Below, piece after piece: positions 53,440 to 64,000 of a DNA stretch of 64,000 nt. Where the stretch lies: contig CAVUWA010000005.1 of the NCBI GenBank assembly GCA_963744995.1, forward strand, positions 192,001 through 256,000. Direction: 5' to 3'. Below the pieces are notes generated by a model. It searched no databases and had not been told where the DNA came from. It saw only the letters and a list, made by a program, of their open reading frames with translations. This DNA is from Candidatus Eiseniibacteriota bacterium. GTDB taxonomy: Bacteria > Eisenbacteria > RBG-16-71-46. Position 1 is the stretch's first letter. Each line of letters opens with the position of its first letter. Made by a program: the position numbers and the translations under genes.

Positions 53440-53469
53440 AAGCTACGACGCACGTTTTGATGCTGTCAA
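53440..53469 (-). promoter_or_regulatory. Sigma70-type promoter of act operon
   Basis: TTGACA-N18-TAGCTT on minus strand. Confidence 0.65.
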
Positions 53470-53474
53470 CAGGA

Positions 53475-53492
53475 TTGTGAAAACGGGCACAA
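53475..53492. promoter_or_regulatory. Rex/CRP-FNR-like palindromic operator
   Basis: TTGTGAAAACGGGCACAA immediately upstream of the -35. Confidence 0.6.
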
Positions 53493-53605
53493 GGTCGGCC
53501 GAACACGCGGGACCGCAGTTGCATAGGTCCTGCACCACCTCCCGGGTTCGGAGGCCGTACCCGGGCGCACCCCCGAGCGCGCAGCGCCGCGCCGGGGCGC
53601 GGCGC

Positions 53606-53644
53606 AAAAAAAGACGCCGGGGGCCCGCCTGAGCGGGCCCCCGG
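53606..53644 (-). terminator. Rho-independent terminator
   Basis: Perfect 12-bp stem CCGGGGGCCCGC/GCGGGCCCCCGG, then T7 tract on minus strand. Confidence 0.85.
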
Positions 53645-53795
53645 ATGCGCTGTGCGCGCCCCGCCGGGCGGATCGTTCGCTTCCGCCGGCACGCTGGGCC
53701 GCCCGCCGTCGTAGCGTTCGCCCGGGCACGGCCCCGGTGCGGCGCTCTCCGGCCGAGCGGCACATATCGACTCGTCCCGGCCGCGCCGGAACCCC

Positions 53796-54380
53796 TTACC
53801 AGCCGGCCTTGGCCTCCAGGACCCCGTAGGTCGAGAAGTGCTCGAGTTCGGTCGAGACCGTCCTGAGTTTCGTGTCGACCGTCGTCGGCATCATCCGCCA
53901 GACGGCGGACTTTTCGTCGTACCAGAAGATCTTGAAGTACGCCGGATCGAGGCTGGGATCGTCTTCCATGCCCGCGTAGGAGACGACGAGGGTGACGGGA
54001 ACGTCGAATCGATTCGGGACGTTCGCGATCTCCAGGTTCACCTTGAGCATGGTCGTGTCGGGCACGTCGACGGTGACGTCGCCGGTGCCGTCGAACGCCT
54101 CGGCGGGGATCTCGACCGCGAAGCGGCCGGCCCGCACCGTGCCGCCGGTGGTGCCGGTCACGCTCTTGACCGTTTTCGTGAGTGTCGACGTCAGCCCGCC
54201 GGCCACGTCACCGACGAGGCCGGCGTACGCCGGCGTGCGCACGAGCATCGTCAGCGCCTGCGCGTCGCCGACGGTACTTTGTGGAGCGACGAGCAGCGCC
54301 CCGCAGCCGGCGAGCGCGGTCAGCCCGAGCGCCGCAACGACGGCGAGCGCCAGGGCGCGGCGGATTCCGTGGGTTCGCAT
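53796..54380 (-). CDS. Lipoprotein with ZU5-like beta domain, ending in KAGW
   Basis: LAGC lipobox; IPAEAF, IFWYDE, ELEHFSTY motifs. Confidence 0.7.
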   Translation of the reverse strand: MRTHGIRRALALAVVAALGLTALAGCGALLVAPQSTVGDAQALTMLVRTPAYAGLVGDVAGGLTSTLTKTVKSVTGTTGGTVRAGRFAVEIPAEAFDGTGDVTVDVPDTTMLKVNLEIANVPNRFDVPVTLVVSYAGMEDDPSLDPAYFKIFWYDEKSAVWRMMPTTVDTKLRTVSTELEHFSTYGVLEAKAGW

Positions 54381-54649
54381 ATGGAGCCTCTCCCGGTTCG
54401 AGTTCGTTCGAGGGGGTGAACGAGTCTTCCCGGGAGTTCTCTGCGCAGGACCCGTACCACGGCGAGGCGCGGGCGGCCGCGCCGGGCTCCCCTTGCCGGG
54501 CAACGGCTTGGCGGGGCGCTCAGGCGCCTGGGCGCGCGACGTTTCGAGGCGCAATGCGTGCAATGGCCGGCTGCAAGGCGTGGCTGGGTCGGCGCGCGCA
54601 GCGACCGGGGCATAAGCCGCGGCGCGGGGTGTCGTGCAGCCTGGACGGC

Positions 54650-56113
54650 TCAGTGCGAGCCGGGCTTCACGATCTTGACGAGCTCGTTCTTGAAGACCTG
54701 CTCGTCGGGCATCACGTTGTTGAGGATCGAGGTCTCATCGAGCCCGAGCGCCTGTTTCCCCTGGGCTTCGACGATCTCGCGGAACGGCCCCGCCGCGGCG
54801 GCGGCGAAGACGTGCACGCGGTTGGGCCGCACGTCGAGCCGCGCCGGATCGGCGAGCGGACGCACGCTGCGCATGCTCGCGAAGATGGCCGCCTCGTAGG
54901 CGTCGCCGGGCACGGCGCTGCGGCCGAGGATCTGCAGCATGCGCTCGGGCGTCTGGCGGATGAATGCAACCGCAAGCCGTGCAGGCCCGCTGCTACTCTG
55001 CACCTCGACCACGCCGATCCAGGCGCGCCAGCCGCCGATCGTCTCCACGGCGCCGCTCGCTGCGCCGATGCTGCCGCGCCGCTGCAGCTCGGTGACGTAG
55101 GCCTCGGGCGCGAAGTCGCCCGCGCTCGCCAGCGTCAGCTGCATCGCGGCCTTCTGGTCGCCGGGTGCAGCCAGCACGGCCGAATTCGAGTTCTGGTGCT
55201 GCCAGCCCGCCGGGAAGCGCACTTCGAGGCGCATCTCCGGCTGGTAGAACACGTCGCCGTCGAAGTAGCCGTGGCGCGGATCGTTGCCGTAGACCAGCCC
55301 CTCGAGCGAGGTCTCGAAGCGCCGGCTGTCGATGACCAGTCCGCTCTTCCCCGCCGCGGCCGCCCGGGCCAGCTCGCGCGTGCGGACCTCGCGATCGCCG
55401 GGGTCGGGGTGGGTCGAGAGGAACGCCGGCAGGCTGCTGCCGGACTGCTCGCCCACGCGCTTGAGCATCGCGTAGGTCGAAGGGATCTCACGCGGATCGA
55501 AGCCGGCCGCGGTGGCGTAACGCACGCCCAGTGCGTCCGCCTGCGTCTCGTCGTCGCGGCCGTACTTGAGGAACATCAGCTGCAGGCCGGTCTGTGCGAG
55601 CTGGCTATAACGCGCGAAGGTCTCGCTCGCGATCGACGCGATGCCGAGCCCGAGCCCCGCGAGCTGCTGATAGGTCATGCGCTGCGCGGTATGACGCGCC
55701 GTGACGTGGCCGATCTCGTGGCCGATCACACCGGCGAGCTGCGCGTCGGAGTTCAGGTGCGCCAGAATGCCGCGCGTCACGTAGATGTAGCCGCCCGGCA
55801 GCGCGAACGCGTTCACCGCGGGGTCGTCGAGCAGGGTGAAGTGCCACTCGAGGTCGGGCAATTCGGAGCGCGCGGCGAGGGCCTGACCGATGCTGTCCAC
55901 CCGCGCGGCGAGCGCGGTGTCGTCGTAAACGCCGTATTCGGCCACGATCGCGGCGTGGCCCTCGGCGCCGATCTTCTTCTCCTGGGCGGGGCTGACCAGC
56001 GAGAACTCGCGCTTGCCGGTCGCGGGGTTCACCGCACAGCCGATGACCAGCAGCGCGAGCAGCGCGACGCCGGGCGCGGATCTCATCCAGGGCTTCGGGC
56101 TCCGGAAGCTCAT
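54650..56113 (-). CDS. M48 family metalloprotease (lipoprotein)
   Basis: VIGC-AVNPATG; VNAFALPGG, GHEIGHV (HExxH), FLSTHP; start may be 56086. Confidence 0.92.
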   Translation of the reverse strand: MSFRSPKPWMRSAPGVALLALLVIGCAVNPATGKREFSLVSPAQEKKIGAEGHAAIVAEYGVYDDTALAARVDSIGQALAARSELPDLEWHFTLLDDPAVNAFALPGGYIYVTRGILAHLNSDAQLAGVIGHEIGHVTARHTAQRMTYQQLAGLGLGIASIASETFARYSQLAQTGLQLMFLKYGRDDETQADALGVRYATAAGFDPREIPSTYAMLKRVGEQSGSSLPAFLSTHPDPGDREVRTRELARAAAAGKSGLVIDSRRFETSLEGLVYGNDPRHGYFDGDVFYQPEMRLEVRFPAGWQHQNSNSAVLAAPGDQKAAMQLTLASAGDFAPEAYVTELQRRGSIGAASGAVETIGGWRAWIGVVEVQSSSGPARLAVAFIRQTPERMLQILGRSAVPGDAYEAAIFASMRSVRPLADPARLDVRPNRVHVFAAAAAGPFREIVEAQGKQALGLDETSILNNVMPDEQVFKNELVKIVKPGSH

Positions 56114-56168
56114 GCCCAAGTCATAGCCAAGCGGCCCCGGTTGTCAAATCCACGGAGCCGGGCGCGAC

Positions 56169-57625
56169 CTAGTAGCGCGGCACCTGCGGATCGATTTCCC
56201 TGGACCACGCCTCGATCCCGCCGCGCAGGTTCTTGAGCTTGCGGAAGCCCGAACTGTGCAGGTATTCGAGCGCGCGCATGCTGCGCTGGCCGGTGTGGCA
56301 CTGCAGCACGATCTCGCGGCTGGTGTCGAGCTCGCCGACCCGCGCCGGCAGCGCGCCCAGCGGGATCAGTTTCGCCCCGGGATGCGCGCGATCTCGAACT
56401 CGTGCGGCTCGCGCACGTCGACGAGGTCGAAGTCGTCGCCGCGCGCCTGCATCGCCTGGAGTTCCCGGACGCCGATCTCCCATTCGGCGGTCGCCGCTTC
56501 GGCCTCGGCCGTCGATGGAATTCCGCAGAACGCCTGGTAGTCGATCAGCTCGTGGATCGTGCGGTGTTCGCCGCAGATCGGGCACGCGGGGTCCTTGCGC
56601 AGCTTGAGTTCGCGGAACCGCATGCCGAGCGCGTCGAAGATCAGCAGCCGCCCCGCCAGCGACTCGCCCAGTCCCAGGATCTGCTTGATGGTCTCGATGC
56701 CCTGAATCACCCCGATCACGCCGGGCAGCACCCCGAGCACGCCGCCCTCCGCGCACGATGGCACCAGCCCCGGCGGCGGCGGATCCGGATAGAGACAGCG
56801 GTAGCACGGTCCGACCCGCGCGTCGAAGACGCTCGCCTGGCCCTCGAAGCGGAAGATGCTGCCGTAGACGTTCGGCTTGCCGGCGAGTACGCAGGCGTCG
56901 TTCACCAGATAGCGCGTCGGGAAGTTGTCGGTGCCGTCCACGATCACGTCGTACTTCGAAACCAGATCGAGCGCGTTCTCGCTGGTGAGCGCGACCTCGT
57001 AGGCGTCGATCGCGACGCCCGGATTGAGGTCGTTCAGGCGCGCCTGCGCGGCCTCGAGCTTCGACCGCCCGACGTCGGAGACGCCGTAGAGCACCTGACG
57101 CTGCAGATTGGACTCGTCCACGCGATCGTAGTCGACGATGCCCAGGCGGCCGATCCCGGCCGCGGCCAGGTAGAGGGCGAGCGGCGAGCCGAGCCCGCCC
57201 GCGCCGACGATCAGCACGCCTGCGGCCCTGAGCCGGCGCTGCCCGTCGAGCCCGACCTCGGGCAGGATCAGATGCCGGCTGTAGCGCAGCAGGTCGGCCT
57301 GCGTCATGGGCGGCAGGCCGTCCGCTCCGGTCGCCCACGCGGGGGGCCCGGGCGCACCGCCCGCGATGCTGGGCACGATCGAGATCGAATCGCCGGCGGA
57401 AAGCGGCGTGGCCTCGCGCTCCAGATAGCGAATGTCTTCGTCGTTCCGGTACACGTTCACGTAGCGCCTCAGGTTTCCGCCGTCGTCGTAGAGATGGCGG
57501 CGCAGCTCGCCATGGCGCTCGACCAGCGCGCCCAGCGCTTCGCCGACGGTCCTGGCGTCCACCTCCACCACGGGCATCCTGCCGGCGTACGGCCGGAGGG
57601 GCGTCGGAATGTAAATGGCGATCAT
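56169..57625 (-). CDS. moeB: Ubiquitin-like sulfur carrier (MoaD/ThiS/CysO)-MoeB/E1-rhodanese fusion; frameshift at ~56375
   Basis: N-terminal IPTPLR...SIAGG Ubl; RYSRH, GAGGLG, SNLQRQ, CYRC, PSCAEGGVLG, CPIC; rhodanese DVRE..E continues in another frame (CHTGQRS, GGIEAW). Confidence 0.9.
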
Positions 57626-58068
57626 TGCATGTCTCCCGGCGCGGGATCTTCCTGCGCCAATGGTTCCGGGTCGAACGCGGCGCGGTCGTCCCGCAGCCGC
57701 CACGATCGCAGGTCGGCGACCCGGCCCTGCTCGATGCCGACGATCACGTACGAGTACCAGGGCCAGGCGTGCTCGAGATCGAAGGCCGAGGGCCGCGCGG
57801 GATGGTCCGGATGCGAATGGTAGAACCCCAGCACGTCGAGCCCGGCGGCGCGCGCCTCCTTTTCGGCGCGCAGGAACTGCTCGGGCGAGATCACGTAACG
57901 ATTGTGGCGCGAATCGCCGCGCTGGTTGTCCAGCTCGAAGATGCGCTCGACCTCGCGCACGCCGTCCGTCTCGTGTCCGAGCAGTACGCCGCAGCCTTCC
58001 TCGGGATACGTGCGACACAGATGCGAGTGGACCTGCGCCGTGTGCGCGGCGCGCAGCAGCAGGCTCAA
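57622..58068 (-). CDS. JAMM/Mov34 (M67) metallopeptidase, Mec-like
   Basis: YPEEGCG and HSHPDHPARPSAFD (HxH-x7-SxxD) motifs. Confidence 0.92.
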   Translation of the reverse strand: MSLLLRAAHTAQVHSHLCRTYPEEGCGVLLGHETDGVREVERIFELDNQRGDSRHNRYVISPEQFLRAEKEARAAGLDVLGFYHSHPDHPARPSAFDLEHAWPWYSYVIVGIEQGRVADLRSWRLRDDRAAFDPEPLAQEDPAPGDMQ

Positions 58069-59045
58069 CGGCCGCCCCCTTCCCTGCCGCCCGGCGCTTC
58101 ACCGAGCAGGTCGTCCCAGATCGGCTCGCTCAGATAGCGTTCGGCCGAGTCGCAGAGAATGGTCGTGACCACGCCGTGCTCGAGCCCGCGCGCGACGCGC
58201 TCCGCCGCGGCGACGGCGGCGCCCGCCGACCAGCCCAGCAGCAGGCCGCGCCGCGCCTGGCGCCGCACCATGTCGATCGCGGAGTCGCTGTCCATCTCGA
58301 TCAGCGCGTCGTGCGCCGAGGCGTCGTAGATCGCCGGGGTCATCGCCGTGGGCAGGTGCTTGAGCCCTTCCAGCGCGTGGTAGGGCGAGTCCGGAATCAC
58401 GCCGGTGACGTGGATGCCGGGCGCGAACTCGCGCAGCCTGCGCGCGGTGCCGACCAGCGTCCCGGTGGTGCCGAGCCCGGCGACGAAGTGCGTCACGCGG
58501 CCCTCGGTCTGCTCCCAGATTTCATGGCCCGTGCCTTCGTAGTGCGCACGCCAGTTCATCGGGTTCGAATACTGATCGGGGTAGAACCAGCGCTCCGGCG
58601 ACTCGGCCGCGAGCCGCCGGGCCTCGAGGATCGCGCCGTCGGTGCCGCTCATGGGATCGGTGAACACGATCTCGGCGCCGAGCAGTTTCAGGATCCGGCG
58701 GCGCTCGAGATTCGCGTTCGCGGGAACGCACAGGGTGACGGGGAAGCCCAGCGCGGCGCCGAGCCAGGCGAAGGCGATGCCGGTGTTGCCGGAGGTCGCA
58801 TCGAGCAGCGTCCGGCCGGTCCCGAGCAGGCCGCGTTCGATCCCGTCCCGGACCATGCGCCACGCGGCGCGGTCCTTGACCGAGCCGCCGGGGTTGAACC
58901 ACTCGGCCTTGCCGAAGACCCGCACGGTCTGCGGGACACCTTCGAGCCCGCCGATGGGCAGCAGCGGCGTGTGTCCGATCAACGCGGGGAGGCCGGGCCT
59001 GCCGAGCAGACCGGCGATCGAACGGGGATCGAGGGTGGAGGTCAT
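58065..59045 (-). CDS. cysM: PLP-dependent cysteine synthase (CysM-like)
   Basis: [36 protein letters not shown]. Confidence 0.9.
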   Translation of the reverse strand: MTSTLDPRSIAGLLGRPGLPALIGHTPLLPIGGLEGVPQTVRVFGKAEWFNPGGSVKDRAAWRMVRDGIERGLLGTGRTLLDATSGNTGIAFAWLGAALGFPVTLCVPANANLERRRILKLLGAEIVFTDPMSGTDGAILEARRLAAESPERWFYPDQYSNPMNWRAHYEGTGHEIWEQTEGRVTHFVAGLGTTGTLVGTARRLREFAPGIHVTGVIPDSPYHALEGLKHLPTAMTPAIYDASAHDALIEMDSDSAIDMVRRQARRGLLLGWSAGAAVAAAERVARGLEHGVVTTILCDSAERYLSEPIWDDLLGEAPGGREGGGR

Positions 59046-59279
59046 GGTGCCCGGATTCGATGCAGGGAAGGCCGGATCGGTCGAAATCGAGTGGCGAAAG
59101 CGCGCGGGCGCCCGCGCGGCCCCGGGCGGGCGCCGCCCATGGCGGCCGGCCACCGCGGCCCCCGCGCGGCGCCGGCCGCCGGGGCTCGGGAGGCGCCGAG
59201 CCCTCGACTCGGGCGGCCGCAGCGGACACGCATCGCCACCGGGTGGCGATGCACGAACCGCTCGGGCTAGGATGCAGAA

Positions 59280-60272
59280 GTGATCCTCGCGGGCGACATC
59301 GGCGGCACCAAGACCCATCTGGCGCTCTACGCGCCGGACGGCGACGTCCGTGCCCCGCAGCTCGAGAAGCGCTATCCGAGCCGCGAATCCGGCTCGCTCG
59401 GCGACATCGTCGAGCGCTTCATGGACGAGGGCGCCGGCCGCCCGACGCGTGCCGTCTTCGGCATCGCCGGCCCCGTCGTGGACAACCGCAGCGAGACCAC
59501 CAACCTGCCGTGGGAGGTCGACGCGCGTTCGCTCGGCGAGCGCATGGGCGGCGCCAGGGTCACGCTCGTCAACGATCTCGTCGCCACCGCGCGCGGCATC
59601 GACGCCCTCGATGCGGGCGACTTCCACGTGCTCGCCGCGGGGCAGGCCCACGACGGCAACCGCGCGCTCATCGCGGCCGGGACCGGGCTCGGCGAGGCGC
59701 TGCTGCCGTGGAGCGGCAGCCGCTGGTCGGCGATGGCGTCCGAGGGCGGCCACGCGGACTTCGCGCCGCGCGATCCGCTCGAAGACGAGCTGCTGCGCTG
59801 GCTGCGGGCGAAGTACGGTCGCGTGAGCTGGGAACGCGTACTGTCGGGACCGGGGCTTGCGGACCTCCACCGCTTCATGCGCGACAGCGGCCGCGGCGAA
59901 GAGCCGCGCGCATTCGCGGCGCGCTTCGATGCCGCGCCCGATCCCGCCGTCGTGGTGACCGAGGCGGCGCTGCAAGGCGGCTGCGAGCGCGCGCGCCTCA
60001 CCGTGGAGCGATGGATCGAGATCTACGGCGCCGAAGCCGGCAACCTGGCGCTCAAGGCGCTGGCGGTGGGCGGCGTGTTCGTGGGCGGAGGCATCGCGCC
60101 GCGCCTCGCGCCCCTGTTCGAGCACAGCCGTTTCGTACCCGCTTTCACGGACAAGGGCCGGCTGCGCCCGCTCATGGAATCGATTCCGGTCAAGGTCGTG
60201 CTCGATCCGCAAACCGCGCTGTGGGGCGCCGCCGCGTTGGCGCTGGCCACGGCGGGGAAGGACGAAGAATGA
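59280..60272 (+). CDS. glk: Glucokinase
   Basis: [40 protein letters not shown]. Confidence 0.95.
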   Translation: MILAGDIGGTKTHLALYAPDGDVRAPQLEKRYPSRESGSLGDIVERFMDEGAGRPTRAVFGIAGPVVDNRSETTNLPWEVDARSLGERMGGARVTLVNDLVATARGIDALDAGDFHVLAAGQAHDGNRALIAAGTGLGEALLPWSGSRWSAMASEGGHADFAPRDPLEDELLRWLRAKYGRVSWERVLSGPGLADLHRFMRDSGRGEEPRAFAARFDAAPDPAVVVTEAALQGGCERARLTVERWIEIYGAEAGNLALKALAVGGVFVGGGIAPRLAPLFEHSRFVPAFTDKGRLRPLMESIPVKVVLDPQTALWGAAALALATAGKDEE

Positions 60273-62284
60273 ACGCGAAATCTGCCGCCGACGAACGCAC
60301 CGCACTCGACCAACTCGCCGTGAACACGATTCGCTTCCTCGCCGCCGACGCGGTCGAGAAAGCGAACAGCGGGCATCCCGGCCTGCCGATGGGCATGGCG
60401 GACGTCGCCTACGTGATCTGGACGCGCTTCCTGCGCTATCAGCCCCACGACCCCGCGTGGCCCGGGCGCGACCGCTTCGTGCTGTCGGCCGGGCACGGCT
60501 CGATGCTGCTCTATGCGATGCTGCATCTCTCGGGCTACGACCTGCCGATGGAGGAGATCCAGCGCTTCCGCCAGCTCGGCAGCATCACGCCGGGGCATCC
60601 CGAACACGGCGTGACGCCCGGCGTCGAAACCACCACCGGCCCGCTCGGCCAGGGCATCGGCAACGCGGTCGGCATGGCGGTCGCGCTGCGCATGCTCGCG
60701 GCCCGCTTCAACGACGCGGCCTTCGCCCCCGTCGAGTCGCGCGTGTTCGGCATCTGCGGCGACGGCGACCTCATGGAGGGCGTCGCGTCCGAGGCCGCCT
60801 CGCTCGCCGGTCACTGGGGTCTCGGCAACCTGAACTTCGTCTACGACGACAACCACATCACGATCGAGGGCGACACCGCACTCGCCTTCACCGAGGACGT
60901 CGCGCGGCGCTTCGAGGCGTACGGCTGGCACGTGCAGCGCGCGAACCCCTACGACCGCGACGCGGTCACCGCGGCACTGGCGGCGGCCGTGGCCCAGACC
61001 TCGCGACCGAGCCTCGTCATCACCCGCAGCCACATCGCCTACGGCGCGCCGACCAAGCAGGACACGCGCGGCGCCCACGGCGAGCCGCTCGGTGCGGAAG
61101 AACTCGCCGGCGCGAAGCGCGCGCTGGGCTGGCCGGAGTCGCCGTCGTTCCTCGTTCCCGACGAGGTGCGGTCACGCTTCGCCGAGCGCGCGCACGAGCT
61201 GCGCTCCGACTACGACGCGTGGCACGCCGGCATGAAGGCATGGCGCGAGCGCGATGCGGAAAACGCGGCGCGCTGGGACGCCATGATCGGGAAGCGCGTT
61301 CCGGCGGACGTGTTCGAACAGCTCGTCGCCGAAGCGCCCGCAGGCGCGGCGGCCACGCGCGCGCACGGCGGCACGGTGCTGCAGAAGGCAGCGGCCCTGG
61401 TGCCTTCCCTCGCCGGCGGCAGCGCGGATCTCGAGCCGTCGACCAAGACCGCGATCAAGGACTCGGACGACATCGAGAAGGGTCGCTTCGGCGGGCGCAA
61501 TTTTCACTTCGGGGTGCGCGAGCACGGCATGGGCGCGATCCTCAACGGCATGGCGCTCACCGAGGGATTCATCCCCTACGGCTCTTCGTTCCTCGTGTTC
61601 ACCGACTACGCACGGCCGGCGATCCGTCTGAGCGCGCTGATGAAGCAGCAGGTGATCTGGGTCTTCACGCACGACAGCATCTTCGTCGGCGAGGACGGCC
61701 CGACCCACGAGCCGGTCGAGCAGGTGGCCGCGCTGCGGCTGATCCCGAACCTGCTGGTGATCCGCCCGGCCGACGGACTCGAAACCGCCGCGGCATGGGG
61801 CATGGCGCTGGAGCGCCGTGACGGCCCGACCCTGATCGCCCTCACCCGACAGAAGACCGCCGCGCTCGAGCGGCCCGCGGACTTCGATGCGACCGTGCTG
61901 CGCCGTGGCGGCTACGTGCTCGAGGAACATGCATCCCGGGACGCCGTGACCCTGATCGCGACGGGCTCGGAAGTCGGGCTCGCCGTCGACGCCGCGCGGA
62001 TCCTCGCGGCGGACGGGCTCGCGGCGCGCGTGGTCAGCATGCCCGCGCGCGAGCGCTTCCTCGAGCAGGATCGCGCCTGGCGTGACCAGGTGCTGCCCCC
62101 CGGGGGCCGCCGCGTTTCGCTCGAAGCCGGCGTGACCTGGGACTGGCGCGGTCTCGTGGGCCCCGAGGGGCTCACGATCGGCATCGACCGCTACGGCGAG
62201 TCGGCGCCGCTCGACGCCCTGCGCGAATACTTCGGCTTCACCGGCACAAAGGTCGCCGCGCGCATTCGAGAGTGGGCCGGATAG
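60269..62284 (+). CDS. tkt: Transketolase
   Basis: [43 protein letters not shown]. Confidence 0.97.
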   Translation: MNAKSAADERTALDQLAVNTIRFLAADAVEKANSGHPGLPMGMADVAYVIWTRFLRYQPHDPAWPGRDRFVLSAGHGSMLLYAMLHLSGYDLPMEEIQRFRQLGSITPGHPEHGVTPGVETTTGPLGQGIGNAVGMAVALRMLAARFNDAAFAPVESRVFGICGDGDLMEGVASEAASLAGHWGLGNLNFVYDDNHITIEGDTALAFTEDVARRFEAYGWHVQRANPYDRDAVTAALAAAVAQTSRPSLVITRSHIAYGAPTKQDTRGAHGEPLGAEELAGAKRALGWPESPSFLVPDEVRSRFAERAHELRSDYDAWHAGMKAWRERDAENAARWDAMIGKRVPADVFEQLVAEAPAGAAATRAHGGTVLQKAAALVPSLAGGSADLEPSTKTAIKDSDDIEKGRFGGRNFHFGVREHGMGAILNGMALTEGFIPYGSSFLVFTDYARPAIRLSALMKQQVIWVFTHDSIFVGEDGPTHEPVEQVAALRLIPNLLVIRPADGLETAAAWGMALERRDGPTLIALTRQKTAALERPADFDATVLRRGGYVLEEHASRDAVTLIATGSEVGLAVDAARILAADGLAARVVSMPARERFLEQDRAWRDQVLPPGGRRVSLEAGVTWDWRGLVGPEGLTIGIDRYGESAPLDALREYFGFTGTKVAARIREWAG

Positions 62285-62334
62285 GCGGACACGCCCGGCC
62301 GCGACACGCGGCTCCCGGCGACGGGCATGAACGA

Positions 62335-62366
62335 ACGGCGCCCGGGCCGCAGGGACCGGGCGCCGT
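62335..62366. terminator. Hairpin between convergent tkt and pckG
   Basis: ACGGCGCCCGG/CCGGGCGCCGT stem. Confidence 0.5.
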
Positions 62367-62389
62367 CGCGCGCGTCGCTGGAAGCCGGA

Positions 62390-64000
62390 TCAGCGGGCCG
62401 GGATCTTCGCTCCCTGCAGCCGCTGCTCCAGCGCATTCAGCTCTTCCTTCAGGGCCGAGGGCAGCCGGTCGCCGAACTTCTCGAGATGCTGGCGGATGAG
62501 CGGCAGCTCCGCGCTCCACCCTTCCACGTCGACCTCGAGCAGCTTGCGCAGGTGGTCGGGCGCCAGCACCAGATCGTTGAGATCGAGCGCCCCCGACGCG
62601 GGCAGGCGCCCGATCGGCGTGTCGATCGCCTCGCCGGTGCCGGTCACCCGCTCGAAGATCCACTTGAGCACGCGGCTGTTCTCGCCGTAACCCGGCCACA
62701 GGAACTTGCCGTCGTCACCCTTGCGGAACCAGTTGACGTAGTAGATTCGCGGCAGCATCGCCGACTCGGCCCCGGCGCCGATCGCGAGCCAGTGCGCGAA
62801 GTAGTCGCCCATGTGGTAGCCGCAGAACGGCAGCATCGCGAACGGGTCGCGCCTGAGCTCGCCGATCTTGCCGGCCGCGGCGGCGGTCTTCTCGCTGCTC
62901 ATGATCGAGCCCATGAACGTGCCGTGCTGCCAGGACAGCGCTTCGGTCACCAGCGGAACCACGGTCGCGCGACGGCCGCCGAACAGGAACGCCGAGATCG
63001 GCACGCCTTTCGGATTCTCCCAGTCGGGCGAGATCACCGGGCACTGCGACGCCGGCGCCGTAAATCGCGCGTTGGGGTGCGCGGCCGGACGCTCCGCATC
63101 GGGCGTCCACGGGCGGCGCAGCCAGTCGACCAGCTGCGCCGGCTTCTTGTCGGTCATCTGCTCCCACCACACGTCGCCTTCCGGCGTGAGCGCGCAGTTG
63201 GTGAAGATCGAGTTCCGCTCGAACGAGCGCATCGCATTTGGATTGGTGCGCTCGCCGGTGCCCGGCGCGACGCCGAAGAATCCCGCCTCCGGATTGATGG
63301 CGTAGAGACGGCCGTCGTCGCCGAATTTCATCCAGGCGATGTCGTCGCCGACGGTTTCGACCTTCCAGCCGGGCAGCGTCGGCTGCAGCATCGCCAGGTT
63401 GGTCTTGCCGCACGCCGACGGGAACGCGCCGGCGATGAAGATCTTCTTCCCTTCGGGATTGGTGATGCCGAGGATCAGCATGTGCTCGGCGAGCCAGCCC
63501 TCGTCACGGGCCTGCACCGAGGCGATGCGCAGCGCGTGGCACTTCTTGCCGAGCAGCGCGTTGCCGCCGTAGCCGGAGCCGTACGACCAGATCTCGCGGC
63601 TCTCCGGGAAGTGACAGATGTATTTGGTCCTGGCGTTGCAGGGCCACGGCGAATCGGGCTTGCCGGGCTCGAGCGGCGCGCCCACCGAGTGCAGCCCGCG
63701 CACGAACTCGCCCTGCGCGCCGAGCACCTCGAGCACCTTCTTCCCGACCCGCGCCATGATGTGCATGTTGGCGACGACGTAGGGCGAGTCGGTGATCTCG
63801 ACGCCGATCTTCGCGATCGGCGAACCGATCGGCCCCATGCTGTAGGGGATCACGTACATGGTGCGGCCCTTCATGGCGCCCTTGAACAGGCCCCTGAGGG
63901 TCGCGAGCATCTCTTCGGGCTCGCGCCAGTTGTTCGTCGGTCCGGCATCGGATTCTTGCTTCGAGCAGATGAAGGTGAATTCCTCGACGCGTGCGACGTC
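62390..64000 (-). CDS. pckG: GTP-dependent phosphoenolpyruvate carboxykinase; 5' end beyond the window
   Basis: [66 protein letters not shown]. Confidence 0.97.
   Translation of the reverse strand, partial: DVARVEEFTFICSKQESDAGPTNNWREPEEMLATLRGLFKGAMKGRTMYVIPYSMGPIGSPIAKIGVEITDSPYVVANMHIMARVGKKVLEVLGAQGEFVRGLHSVGAPLEPGKPDSPWPCNARTKYICHFPESREIWSYGSGYGGNALLGKKCHALRIASVQARDEGWLAEHMLILGITNPEGKKIFIAGAFPSACGKTNLAMLQPTLPGWKVETVGDDIAWMKFGDDGRLYAINPEAGFFGVAPGTGERTNPNAMRSFERNSIFTNCALTPEGDVWWEQMTDKKPAQLVDWLRRPWTPDAERPAAHPNARFTAPASQCPVISPDWENPKGVPISAFLFGGRRATVVPLVTEALSWQHGTFMGSIMSSEKTAAAAGKIGELRRDPFAMLPFCGYHMGDYFAHWLAIGAGAESAMLPRIYYVNWFRKGDDGKFLWPGYGENSRVLKWIFERVTGTGEAIDTPIGRLPASGALDLNDLVLAPDHLRKLLEVDVEGWSAELPLIRQHLEKFGDRLPSALKEELNALEQRLQGAKIPAR

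Noticed and set aside
53457..53469. TTGAT-N3-GTCAA as an FNR box
   Set aside because: Spacer is one base short; better explained as the TTGACA -35 element.

Overview
High-GC bacterial chromosomal window. The many secreted proteins with FlgD-Ig/T9SS-like C-termini and an 'SWGRVKALYH' tail suggest Ca. Eisenbacteria or a related FCB-affiliated lineage (inference). Core blocks: an EgtB/OvoA-type sulfoxide synthase (partial); an ArgR-controlled arg operon (argR-C-B-D-G-H(A)-F, with an ArgH-ArgA fusion and a frameshifted argC); phosphoketolase; acetate kinase; an alternative complex III operon (actABCDEF); a cysM-JAMM-(Ubl-MoeB-rhodanese) sulfur-relay operon; glk; tkt; pckG (partial). The most unusual part is a ~17 kb integrase-less accessory region (about 27190-44484) running from the 3' end of tRNA-Leu(TAA). 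It is punctuated by three clear and one weak degenerate direct copies of the tRNA 3' end, which delimit cassette-like units carrying secreted-protein genes or relics of them. Within it are an ECF43-like sigma/Ser-Thr kinase pair, a decayed second ECF copy, and three identically spaced GGTTACA-N16-CGCATG motifs, each upstream of a secreted-protein gene (a probable local ECF regulon).
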